Shown: positions 19,157 through 27,657 of the stretch, in pieces
Layout: the number at the start of each line of letters is the position of its first letter
How positions within the stretch are numbered: position 1 is the first letter of the stretch
Source: Myxococcales bacterium
Lineage (GTDB): Bacteria > Myxococcota_A > UBA9042
Direction of reading: 5' to 3'
Length of the DNA: 64,000 bases
Assembly: GCA_037441385.1 (NCBI GenBank)
Contig: JBBISH010000011.1
Location: 22,830 to 86,829 of the forward strand
The notes under the pieces: model-generated
The model's database searches: none
What the model was told of the DNA's origin: nothing
What the model saw: only the letters and a program-made list of their open reading frames with translations
Position numbers and translations under genes: made by a program

Positions 19157-20658
19157 GGATTTCCTCCGGCGGGCTTGGCGTCGTCGGCTTTCTCGGGCGC
19201 TTTGTCGGGGGCCTTCTCGGCGGGCTTGTTCGGGGCTTTCTCGGCCGGCTTGCCGTCGCCCTCGTCGTCCTTCTTCTCTTCGGCCTTCTTCTCGTCGGCC
19301 TTTTTCTCTGGCGGGGCTGCGACTTCGGTAGCACCCGCGCCCGAGACCAGGGCAGCCGGAATCGGGCGGGGAGCCATCAACATGCCCTCGTTGACGGTCA
19401 AGGTCAGCAGCCCCAGGGCCTGCGCGTCAAAGTACGGGTTGCGCCAAATCTGGGCGTCCACGCCAGCGTCTAGCCCGCGAATCACGGCATAGCGGGCCGA
19501 GGCGCCGCCGCGGACCGAGAACGTCTCGCCGTGCACCGCCCGCATGAAGGCGTAGCAGTCGATGTCAGCCGCCACGGTCAGGCGGTCCATGGGCTTGCCG
19601 CTGCCAAAGATGCGCACTTGGTCGTAGCCGTTGTCGCCATTGAACAAGCGCGCGTACTGCACGCCGGCCCGGTAGCGCCCCGCGGGGTCGATCTTGACGC
19701 GGCCTTCCACGAAGGCGCGGTAACCGTCTGCCACGCCATCGTTTTTCACAAAGCGGTCGTAGCCGCCCGCCACGGTCAGCGCGCCGGGGGTGATCAAGTC
19801 AAAGCTGCCGCCGACCATGCCGTCGGTCCGCTGCAAGAACGCCTGGAAGATCGACGTCTTGCTCATCCACGCCAAGGGGTCGCGCAACTCGGCCTTGGTG
19901 TGCACGATCAAGAAGTCCTTGACCTTGTAGTTCAAGTCCAACCGCGCCTGCTGCAAGCGGTTCTCTAGCAGGTCCTGCGCGTAGAAGGCCACCAGCGTCA
20001 GCGGGTCCAACATGCGCAGCGACCCGTCGATCGACAGCGACCGGCGGTTGGTGTAGTCCACCTTGGCGTTCGCACCGGGCACGTCGTCGATGGCCTGCAG
20101 GCCCACGCCGACATGGCCGAGTTCCCAGGGCGTCCACGCGACGCGAGCGCCGTAAGTGGGCGCCTTGAAGACATTGTCAAAGTTCTCGTACACACCCGTG
20201 CCAAAGTAACCGTCGACGCGGACGGCCTTGGGCAGGTGCATGATCAGCGAGGCGCCGTCCATGTACTGGTACTGGGCGCCGCCCGTGAATACGGCGATAC
20301 GGCCAATCTGGAAGCGGATTTCGTCCTTCTTGGCCGCCCAGCCCAAGTTGCCAAGCATCAGATCCGCGCCGTGCCCCGCAGGGCCGCTCGCGAACTGCTG
20401 CTGCAAGTAGCCGTAGGCCGAAGCAAAGATGCCCGTGCCGCCCGCGTTGGTGGCGTCAAAGGACAGCAGCGCCAAGCCTGGGACGCTCGTATCGGTCGCG
20501 GGGGTCGTACCGGGACGCAACTGCCCGGTGAACAAGCCGATCGCCTTCAAGCTGGCGTGGATGTCGCCCGTTTCGGCAGCTTGCGCGGCCAGCGCGGTCC
20601 CGCCAAGGGCCAGCGCCAGTGCCGCAGTCAAAAACCGCTTGGGGAATCTGCAGTTCAT
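19153..20658 (-). CDS. Outer-membrane beta-barrel (porin of a porin-cytochrome conduit)
   Basis: ATG 20658 overlaps the upstream stop (ATGA); Sec signal ending AQA; amphipathic beta strands with aromatic residues; K/E/P/A-rich tail; flanked by multiheme genes. Confidence 0.75.
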   Translation of the reverse strand: MNCRFPKRFLTAALALALGGTALAAQAAETGDIHASLKAIGLFTGQLRPGTTPATDTSVPGLALLSFDATNAGGTGIFASAYGYLQQQFASGPAGHGADLMLGNLGWAAKKDEIRFQIGRIAVFTGGAQYQYMDGASLIMHLPKAVRVDGYFGTGVYENFDNVFKAPTYGARVAWTPWELGHVGVGLQAIDDVPGANAKVDYTNRRSLSIDGSLRMLDPLTLVAFYAQDLLENRLQQARLDLNYKVKDFLIVHTKAELRDPLAWMSKTSIFQAFLQRTDGMVGGSFDLITPGALTVAGGYDRFVKNDGVADGYRAFVEGRVKIDPAGRYRAGVQYARLFNGDNGYDQVRIFGSGKPMDRLTVAADIDCYAFMRAVHGETFSVRGGASARYAVIRGLDAGVDAQIWRNPYFDAQALGLLTLTVNEGMLMAPRPIPAALVSGAGATEVAAPPEKKADEKKAEEKKDDEGDGKPAEKAPNKPAEKAPDKAPEKADDAKPAGGNP

Positions 20659-23363
20659 GGGTCCACCCATCCGTTGATGTGGTAGCCGTCCTTGAGGTTC
20701 AAGGTGCCGTCCGCGTTGACCGTCTTGGAGTGGCAGGCGGCGCAGGCCTTGGTGGTGCTGCTGCCCACGTAGGGGTGACCCGCCAGAACCGACGGCGGCA
20801 GGCCGTGGCAGTCGCCGCAAGTCACGCTGCCTGCTGCGGTCCACGTCACGGTGGGCTTGGCGGCACTGTCTTGGGTAGCGCCGTGGCAGTAGGTCTGCGA
20901 GCAGGTTTGCTTGACCGGGTCGTAGGTCGGCTTGGAGCCAAAGTACTTGGCCAAACCGCCGGGGAACACGATGGTGCTGAGGCCGGCAAAGTGCCCGGGC
21001 TCGTCCACCGTCTTGGGCAGCTTGTGGCACTCTTCGCAGGCCATGCCGCCGCCGCTGAACTGCTTGCCGTTCAAGTGGGCCGCGTGGGCGCCGACCATGG
21101 GCGAGGTGGGGACGCTATTGCCGGCGGTGTCCGGGGCCGGCGCGCCCTTGCTCTGCTCGGTCCCGTGGCAGGCGTAGCAGTTGCTGGGGTAGGCCGTGTC
21201 CACTTTGCCATTGTAGTGGAGGCCGCCGGCCAAGATGTTCTTGGTCGAATCCACACTGGTCGCGTGGCACTTGCTGCAATCCTTGACGGTTTGCGGGTGG
21301 GCGTCGCCGCTGGCGATGGTCTTGGGGGGCTCTTGGTGGCACTGGTTGCAGGTGCCGGCGCCGATGGCGAACTCGACCTTGCCGTCGTAGTGCGATCCGC
21401 CGCTGACCACATGCATGTCCGCGTCGATACTGGCGGCGTGGCAGGCGCTGCACTGGCCGGCCTGCGGGTGCGGCTTGCCAGCGGCGGTGGTCTTGGGCGG
21501 TAGCGCGTGGCAACCCGTGCACGAGGTGGGCGCGGTGGCGACGACGACCTCGACCGTGCCATCCATGTGCTTGCCACCACTGATGATCTCTTTGCTGCCC
21601 TTGACCGAGGCCGAGTGGCAGTCGCCGCAGACGGTCGAGGTCGGGTGCGCCTTGCCGGTGGCCGCGATGACTTTGGGCGGCGCGGCGTGGCAGCCGCTGC
21701 AGCTGGTGGGGTTGGCGGCGAGCTGCACTTCGACCTTGCCGTCCATGTGGCTGCCGCCGCTGATGATCTTCTTGTCCGCGTCCACAGTGCCGGCGTGGCA
21801 GTCGTTGCACACCGCCTGCTGCGGGTGGGCCTTGCCGGTGGCGGCGATGACCTTGGGCGGCGCGGCGTGGCAGCCTTCGCACGACGTGGGCACGGGCGCC
21901 AGCTGCACTTCGACCTTGCCGTTCATGTGGCTGCCGCCAGCGACGAGCGTGTTGTCGGCCGCGACCGTGCTGGCATGGCAGTCGTTGCATTGGCTCTGCT
22001 GCGGGTGCGGTTTGCCGGTGGCGGCGATGGTGACCGGCGGCGCCAGGTGGCATCCGTCGCAGGCGGTGGGCTTGGCCGCGATTTGCACTTGGACCTTGCC
22101 GTCCATGTGGGTGCCGCCCTCTACGATGGCCTTATCCGCGGTGACCGAGCTGGCGTGGCAGTCGTTGCATTGGTTTTGCTGCGGGTGTGGCTTGCCCGTG
22201 GCCGCGATCACGACCGGCGGCGCCAGATGACAGCCGTCGCACGAGGTCGGCTTGGCCGCCAACTTGACGTCGACCTTGTCGTTCATGTGCGTGCCGCCAG
22301 CGATCAGCGCGTGCGAGGCGTCCACGGTCGACGCGTGGCAGTCATTGCACTGGCTCTTTTGGGGGTGCGGCTTCTTGTCCTTGCCGGCGACCAGCGGCGG
22401 GGCACCGTGGCAGCCGTTGCAGCTGTTGCCGGCGGGCAGCAGGGCTACTTCCACCTTGCCGTTCATGTGCGTGCCGCCCGCGATCAGGTCGCGCGTGCCC
22501 TTGACGGTGGTGGCGTGGCAGTCGCCACAGTTGGCCGCGACCGCTGGGTGCTTGTCGGTGAACGGCGGCGCGCCGTGGCAACTGGCGCAGTTCACGTTGT
22601 TGGCCAGCACCACGTCCACCTTGCCGTTGATGTGCATGGCGCGGTCGGTGACGACCATCTTGGCGCCCATGGTGGCGGCGTGGCAGGTTTCGCAGTTGGT
22701 GTCTTTGGGGTGCGGGGCGGGCGGCGGCGCACCGTGGCACGAGTCGCAGCCGCGCTGGCTGCCGTCCACTTTGGTCCACAGCGGCTTGCTGTCCTTGCCG
22801 GGCGCCTTCAGCGTCGCGCCGTGGCAGTAGCTGTTGCTGCAGGTGTTGCTGGCCGCGTCGTAGGTCGGAGTCGCGCCACCCGCCAAGGCCAAGCCGCCAA
22901 AAGTCACGGTGGCTTTCTCGTCCGGGGCGTCCAAGTGGCCGGTTTGATACTTGCTCGTCGGCACGATATGGCAGGTCTGGCAGGGAATTGGTGTGTGAAC
23001 CGGCCCGTAGCCCAGGTGCTGCTGGTGGGCACCCACGCCGGCGTCGGTCGTCGCGGTCTGCCCTTTGAGCCCGCGCGGTGGGGCGGCGTTGTTGGTGGTG
23101 CCGTGGCAGGCGGCGCAATCGGCGGTCTTCAGCACTTCGTCTGCAGTCGGCGCGGGCGTCTTGGCGACCGGGGTCACGGCGACCCGCGCGGTGTCGCAAC
23201 CGCTGGCCCACACCAGGGCCGAGGCCAAAAGCGCCAAGCCGATTGGCAAGCGCCTGGCGGCGGTCGGGTCGGCGCCGCGGCGACGCGGACTCTCGATGTG
23301 CAGACGGTGGGGATGCGGACTGTCGGGATGCGGACTGTCTGCGCACAGGTTGACCTTGCCCAT
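20655..23363 (-). CDS. 26-heme c-type cytochrome lipoprotein (CxxxxCH/CxxCH domain family)
   Basis: 24 CxxCH plus 2 CxxxxCH (CSNSYCH, CSQTYCH); lipobox-like ASGC; GAGG RBS. Confidence 0.93.
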   Translation of the reverse strand: MGKVNLCADSPHPDSPHPHRLHIESPRRRGADPTAARRLPIGLALLASALVWASGCDTARVAVTPVAKTPAPTADEVLKTADCAACHGTTNNAAPPRGLKGQTATTDAGVGAHQQHLGYGPVHTPIPCQTCHIVPTSKYQTGHLDAPDEKATVTFGGLALAGGATPTYDAASNTCSNSYCHGATLKAPGKDSKPLWTKVDGSQRGCDSCHGAPPPAPHPKDTNCETCHAATMGAKMVVTDRAMHINGKVDVVLANNVNCASCHGAPPFTDKHPAVAANCGDCHATTVKGTRDLIAGGTHMNGKVEVALLPAGNSCNGCHGAPPLVAGKDKKPHPQKSQCNDCHASTVDASHALIAGGTHMNDKVDVKLAAKPTSCDGCHLAPPVVIAATGKPHPQQNQCNDCHASSVTADKAIVEGGTHMDGKVQVQIAAKPTACDGCHLAPPVTIAATGKPHPQQSQCNDCHASTVAADNTLVAGGSHMNGKVEVQLAPVPTSCEGCHAAPPKVIAATGKAHPQQAVCNDCHAGTVDADKKIISGGSHMDGKVEVQLAANPTSCSGCHAAPPKVIAATGKAHPTSTVCGDCHSASVKGSKEIISGGKHMDGTVEVVVATAPTSCTGCHALPPKTTAAGKPHPQAGQCSACHAASIDADMHVVSGGSHYDGKVEFAIGAGTCNQCHQEPPKTIASGDAHPQTVKDCSKCHATSVDSTKNILAGGLHYNGKVDTAYPSNCYACHGTEQSKGAPAPDTAGNSVPTSPMVGAHAAHLNGKQFSGGGMACEECHKLPKTVDEPGHFAGLSTIVFPGGLAKYFGSKPTYDPVKQTCSQTYCHGATQDSAAKPTVTWTAAGSVTCGDCHGLPPSVLAGHPYVGSSTTKACAACHSKTVNADGTLNLKDGYHINGWVDP
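21541..22620. repeat. Intragenic 180-bp tandem repeats encoding 60-aa diheme modules
   Basis: Near-identical sequence recurs at 21721, 21901, 22081, 22261 and 22441 (for example 'cttcgaccttgccgtccatgtggctgccgcc'); more diverged copies lie on both sides. Confidence 0.9.
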
Positions 23364-23422
23364 GTTGGCCTCGACGAATACGGCGACGTGTTCGAGCTTC
23401 GCTGCCGCTCGAACCGTAGCGT

Positions 23423-23438
23423 AGCAAGCGACATACCA
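23423..23438 (-). promoter_or_regulatory. Putative sigma54 (-24/-12) promoter of the cytochrome operon
   Basis: Minus strand TGGTATGTCGCTTGCT = GG-N10-GC with TTGC, about 60 bp upstream of ATG 23363. Confidence 0.7.
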
Positions 23439-24183
23439 GTTGGGCAGGACGGCAAGGCCCGTTCTGCAAGGGTTTCGTCACAGCTTCGCAAGCCAACCAT
23501 GGGCGACAATTCCATGACCATTCACGGCCCTGTTGCCTTGGGACCGTTGTCGCCAACCCTCGCAGTCGCCAAAGTCGCTCGGCGTACCAGCGCGGCCTAC
23601 TGCCGCGGATCGCGGCCGTCGCTTGGCCTGTCTGCGCTCCCGTCGGATGGCGTCAGCTGTTGGGTAGACCATCGCGGGCGCGAGACTGCGAACGCCACAG
23701 ACGAAATTGCCGCCTGTGGCCCAGTCTGTCTGCGATTTTGAGCGGCGGCAGTCGTGCAGAGCGCGGCGAGTGCAGAGCGCGGCCAGTTGGTACCAAGTTT
23801 GTCACCGGCTCCTTCCACGACGATTTCACTTTTGATATGGAGTGTCCCAATCGGAGCCATGCGCTCCAACGCACCCAGGCCCAGGCGCAAACCGTGCCGA
23901 TGGACCGGGCACTTCTAAACCTGCGCGTGCTGCCTCGGCACCTCAAGGGCCGCCCAAGCCGGCCCATCCGGGGCGACGCGTACGGCGCACCGCAAGACCA
24001 AGTCCGCCGGCCTCCGCCACGAGCGGGCCGGCGTGCAGGGGGAGGTTGCCGGCTGGATCGAGGGGTCAGCCGGCACCTCCAACCCCTGTGCCGCGCCGAT
24101 TTCGACGGCCCGGATGCGCGGAGAAAGTCTAAACTGATCCGCTCCCTAGAGCGTCCTACCCTCCGGCCCAAATCGGCGCAGGT

Positions 24184-24231
24184 TACAGATCGGTGTACAG
24201 ATCGGTGTACGGATCGGTGTACGGATCGGTG
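24184..24231. repeat. Intergenic tandem repeat, 4 x 12 bp (TAC[A/G]GATCGGTG)
   Basis: Read directly from the sequence; no spacers. Confidence 0.9.
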
Positions 24232-24572
24232 CAGTGGGCCCTACCGCGGTTCGACAGCGCCCACCAAGGTCCCTATACTTCGCGGCGCTGCGGCACGGCC
24301 ATTTGGGCCGCCGCCGCGCTGTCACCCCCAACGGGGACTGCCCCTGGTCCCGTGGCGCTTGCCCATGATCCAAGCCGTTGCGCTGGTTGTGGACGTTGAA
24401 ATCCCGAGGCCTTGGGCACAGGGCCAACGGCGGGCTGCCAACGGCCACGGCATCCTACGCCTCCCGATTCGGCGGCCAGCCAGTCTGGCGTCTTCTGACC
24501 AGGCCAGGCAGGGCCACGCTGTCGGGACGAACCTGGGATTTGGTGCAGCAGAACGCAGTCTTGGGGATTGAA

Positions 24573-26255
24573 ATGACCCTTTCCGTAGCCCAGCGACCCG
24601 CGCTGATTCAACGCCTGCGCACAGAGGTTTTTGACCTGCTGGTCGTGGGCGGTGGCATCACCGGAGCGGGCATCGCTCGCGACGCCGCCTTGCGGGGCCT
24701 GCAAGTCGCCCTGATCGAACGCGGCGACTTCGCCGTGGGGACTTCGTCGCGCTCGACCAAGCTCATCCACGGCGGCCTCCGCTACCTAGAGATGGGCGAC
24801 GTGCCGCTGGTGTTCGAGGCGGTCCGCGAACGGCAACGCCTTTTGCAGCTGGCGCCGCACTTGGCGCGGCCGCAAAGCTTCATCCTCCCGGTGCAGGGGC
24901 ACGTCAAACACAGTGTTTTCAAGCTGGACGTGGGTCTGACCGTCTACGATATGTTGGCGGCCGGCTCGGGCGTCATGCCGCACCGCGCGGTACGTCACAA
25001 GGCGCTGCTGCGCATGGAGCCGCTGCTGAAGTCCAAGGATTTGGCCGGCGGCGTCCGCTACTTCGACGCCATGACCGACGATGCGCGCCTGGTGATGGCC
25101 AATGTGCGCGGTGCCTTTGAAGCCGGCGCGGTGACCCTGTCGCAACTCGACTTTCTGCAGCCGCGCCTGGGCAAGGACGGCAAGGTGATGGGCGCCGAAG
25201 TGTGCGATCAGCGCACGGGCGAGCACCTGCCGGTGGCCGCGCGCCTGGTGGTGGCCGCCGCCGGTCCGTGGACCGACGAGGTCCTGCGGCGTTGGAAGGG
25301 CGGCTCGCCGATTCCGCCGCTGATGCCCAGCAAAGGGGTCCACGTGGTCGTGCCGCGCGCCCGCTTGCCGCTGACGCACGCGGTGATGATGACGTCGCCG
25401 CTGGACGGCCGGGTGGTGTTCGCGTTGCCTTGGCCGCACGCGACGGTCATCGGCACGACCGATACCGCCTACCAAGGGCCGCTGGACGAGCCGGCGTGCA
25501 CGCACGAGGATGCGGCGTACCTGATCGCGACCACCAATGGCTGCCTGCAGTCGCAGGGCGATCCACTTCAACTTACCGATATCATTAGCACTTGGGCGGG
25601 TATTCGCCCGCTGGTGGCGCAGGCCGGGCACTCGGTCTACAAGACATCGCGCGAGCACGTGATTGCGTCCGATCCGCGCGGGCTGGTGGCCATTGCCGGC
25701 GGCAAACTGACGACGTACCGCGTCATGGCCGAGCAAACGGTGGATGCGGCCCTCAAGCTTCTGCCGCCGGCGCGGGTCGCCGAGTGCAAACCGTGCGCCA
25801 CCGCGAACCTGCCTCTGCCCGGGGCTACGGCGTTTTCCAGCAAAGTTCGCCCCCTAGAGCAGCTCCAGATCGACCTAGTGCGCGGCGAGGGCCAAAGCGA
25901 GGCCAGAGCCAGGCACTTGGCGCTCAACTACGGCAGCGATGCACGCGCTGTTCTAGAGAGCTGCCGCCAGGAACCAGAGGGCGATCAGCCAGTTCTGGCC
26001 GATTTGCCCTGGACCTGGGGCGAATTGGCGTGGTTGACCGCAAACGAAGTACCGATGAACCTTCTGGATCTGGCGGTTCGGCGCACGCAGCTTTACTATG
26101 TGGCGGGCGAGCGCCTGCTGACGGTAGCGGACAAGTTGGCCGAGCGCATGGGCCAGTGGTGCGGCTACCCGGCGAGTCGAGGGCCAGAGATGGTGGAACA
26201 GTTGCGCAATTACGTAGCGATTCGCCGCGTCACTCCGCCCGAGGCGGCTTCGTGA
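24573..26255 (+). CDS. glpD: FAD-dependent glycerol-3-phosphate dehydrogenase
   Basis: 'GGGITGAG', 'GTSSRSTKLIHGGLRYL', 'DDARL', 'GTTD', 'GIRPL', 'GGKLTTYR'. Confidence 0.95.
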   Translation: MTLSVAQRPALIQRLRTEVFDLLVVGGGITGAGIARDAALRGLQVALIERGDFAVGTSSRSTKLIHGGLRYLEMGDVPLVFEAVRERQRLLQLAPHLARPQSFILPVQGHVKHSVFKLDVGLTVYDMLAAGSGVMPHRAVRHKALLRMEPLLKSKDLAGGVRYFDAMTDDARLVMANVRGAFEAGAVTLSQLDFLQPRLGKDGKVMGAEVCDQRTGEHLPVAARLVVAAAGPWTDEVLRRWKGGSPIPPLMPSKGVHVVVPRARLPLTHAVMMTSPLDGRVVFALPWPHATVIGTTDTAYQGPLDEPACTHEDAAYLIATTNGCLQSQGDPLQLTDIISTWAGIRPLVAQAGHSVYKTSREHVIASDPRGLVAIAGGKLTTYRVMAEQTVDAALKLLPPARVAECKPCATANLPLPGATAFSSKVRPLEQLQIDLVRGEGQSEARARHLALNYGSDARAVLESCRQEPEGDQPVLADLPWTWGELAWLTANEVPMNLLDLAVRRTQLYYVAGERLLTVADKLAERMGQWCGYPASRGPEMVEQLRNYVAIRRVTPPEAAS

Positions 26256-27094
26256 CCCTGCCTGTGCCCCCCAGCTTGGCTGCGGTCGAGGCCGTTTGCG
26301 ATGCGGCGTGCGTGCTGGTGCGCGAACTGCTGACCCAGCCTTTGGACAGTCGCAACAAGGCCGATCACTCGCCAGTGACCGCCATCGACCTGGCCATCGA
26401 CGCCTTCTTGCACCGCCAACTGCGCCCGCTGATGCCGGCCGCCGGCTGGCTGTCCGAAGAGACCGCCGACCAGCCCGACCGCCTCGACAATCCGTGGCTG
26501 TGGGTCGTGGATCCGATCGACGGCACCCGTTCGCTCATCGCAGGCAAGCCCGAGTTCTGCGTGTCAATTGCGCTGGTCCACGCGGGTGAAGGCCCTGTAC
26601 TGGGTGTGATTGGCAACCCGAGCACCCACGAGCGCTGGAGTGCCCACAAGGGCCGCGGTGCCCACGACCAGTCCGGTCGCCGCCTGCAAGTGCGGCTCTC
26701 GCCGCCGGCCGACCCGATCGACCTACTGGTGTCGCGGTCCGACGCTCGGCTGGGTCTTTGGGACGACGTGCCGGGCCATCCCGACTTCCGCCGCGTCGGC
26801 AGTCTGGCCTACAAGATGGCGCTGGTCGCCGCCGGCCTGTGCGACGGGCACGCGACGCCCACGCCCCGAAGCGAGTGGGACGCGGCCGCCGGTGAGCTGC
26901 TGATCTCAGAAGCCGGCGGTGCTACTTCGGATTTGCATGGCCAGCCGCTGCGGTTCAACCAACCGCGTCCCCAGTACGACGGCTTTGTGGTCGCGAGCCG
27001 CGCCGCCTTTCCCAAGGTGCTGGACTTGGCGCGCGCCGCCAACCGCCGCTGGCTGGCGCTGACACGCAACGGCTCGGACCCGCGCCCAACCTGA
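26252..27094 (+). CDS. Inositol monophosphatase / CysQ-like 3'(2'),5'-bisphosphate nucleotidase
   Basis: GTGA overlap with glpD; 'SPVT.ID', 'LSEE', 'WVVDPIDGT', 'EWDAAAG'. Confidence 0.9.
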   Translation: MTLPVPPSLAAVEAVCDAACVLVRELLTQPLDSRNKADHSPVTAIDLAIDAFLHRQLRPLMPAAGWLSEETADQPDRLDNPWLWVVDPIDGTRSLIAGKPEFCVSIALVHAGEGPVLGVIGNPSTHERWSAHKGRGAHDQSGRRLQVRLSPPADPIDLLVSRSDARLGLWDDVPGHPDFRRVGSLAYKMALVAAGLCDGHATPTPRSEWDAAAGELLISEAGGATSDLHGQPLRFNQPRPQYDGFVVASRAAFPKVLDLARAANRRWLALTRNGSDPRPT

Positions 27095-27222
27095 TACCCC
27101 GTCCGAATCGGATGGAAAACTCGGGCAATTCTTCGGGCCCGAACCGGGGTCCCCGCCTGATTCTCGCCAGTTGCAGAACGGGTCAGAAAAGCCGTACAGG
27201 CGCGAATCAGGTGGGGTGCGTA

Positions 27223-27367
27223 CCAAAATCCACCAGCGAAATTGGCCCCGGCCGTCGATTTGGGATGCAAATCAAGGCGCAAGAAGCGGAGCGACTGAGG
27301 CGACCTAGAGGTCGCCGCAGGGAGAGTAGTGACGCAGCAACGCCGAGTTGCGCCCAAGGCGGCGGAT
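27223..27367 (+). repeat. Dispersed 145-bp palindromic intergenic repeat, copy 1
   Basis: Aligns without gaps to 61390-61534 (about 18 mismatches by hand count); central hairpin GGCGACC-taga-GGTCGCC. Confidence 0.9.
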
Positions 27368-27419
27368 CGGTGCGTATGAGCCCGCTTGCGCCGCAGCCCA
27401 AGTGTGCTTCAATGGCCCC

Positions 27420-27653
27420 ATGCTTGTTCGCCCGCCGCGCCGCCTTACCCTTGCCACCTTTGCCCTGGTCGCCCTTGCCGGTCCGGGGTGCGACCGGTCG
27501 TGTGCGCGTTTGGCCGAGCAGCTTTGCGAGCAGGCGAGCTTGAGCAACGCCAAGAACGCCGACGAGATTTGCGAGACGTGGCGCGCCCGCGTGTCGCGCG
27601 TGTCGCCGACCACCTGCCAGGGGGCCCTGCGTCGCCTTGGTCAGCAGCGGTGA
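27420..27653 (+). CDS. Small Cys-containing lipoprotein
   Basis: Signal peptide ending in GPGC, plus four further Cys. Confidence 0.6.
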   Translation: MLVRPPRRLTLATFALVALAGPGCDRSCARLAEQLCEQASLSNAKNADEICETWRARVSRVSPTTCQGALRRLGQQR

Positions 27654-27657
27654 CGGC

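Noticed and set aside
24184..24231. Possible CRISPR array
   Set aside because: 12-bp units are directly adjacent with no spacers, and no cas genes are present
23597..24571. ORFs in the cytochrome-glpD intergenic region
   Set aside because: Arg/Pro-rich, no motifs, overlapping in several frames; no coding support
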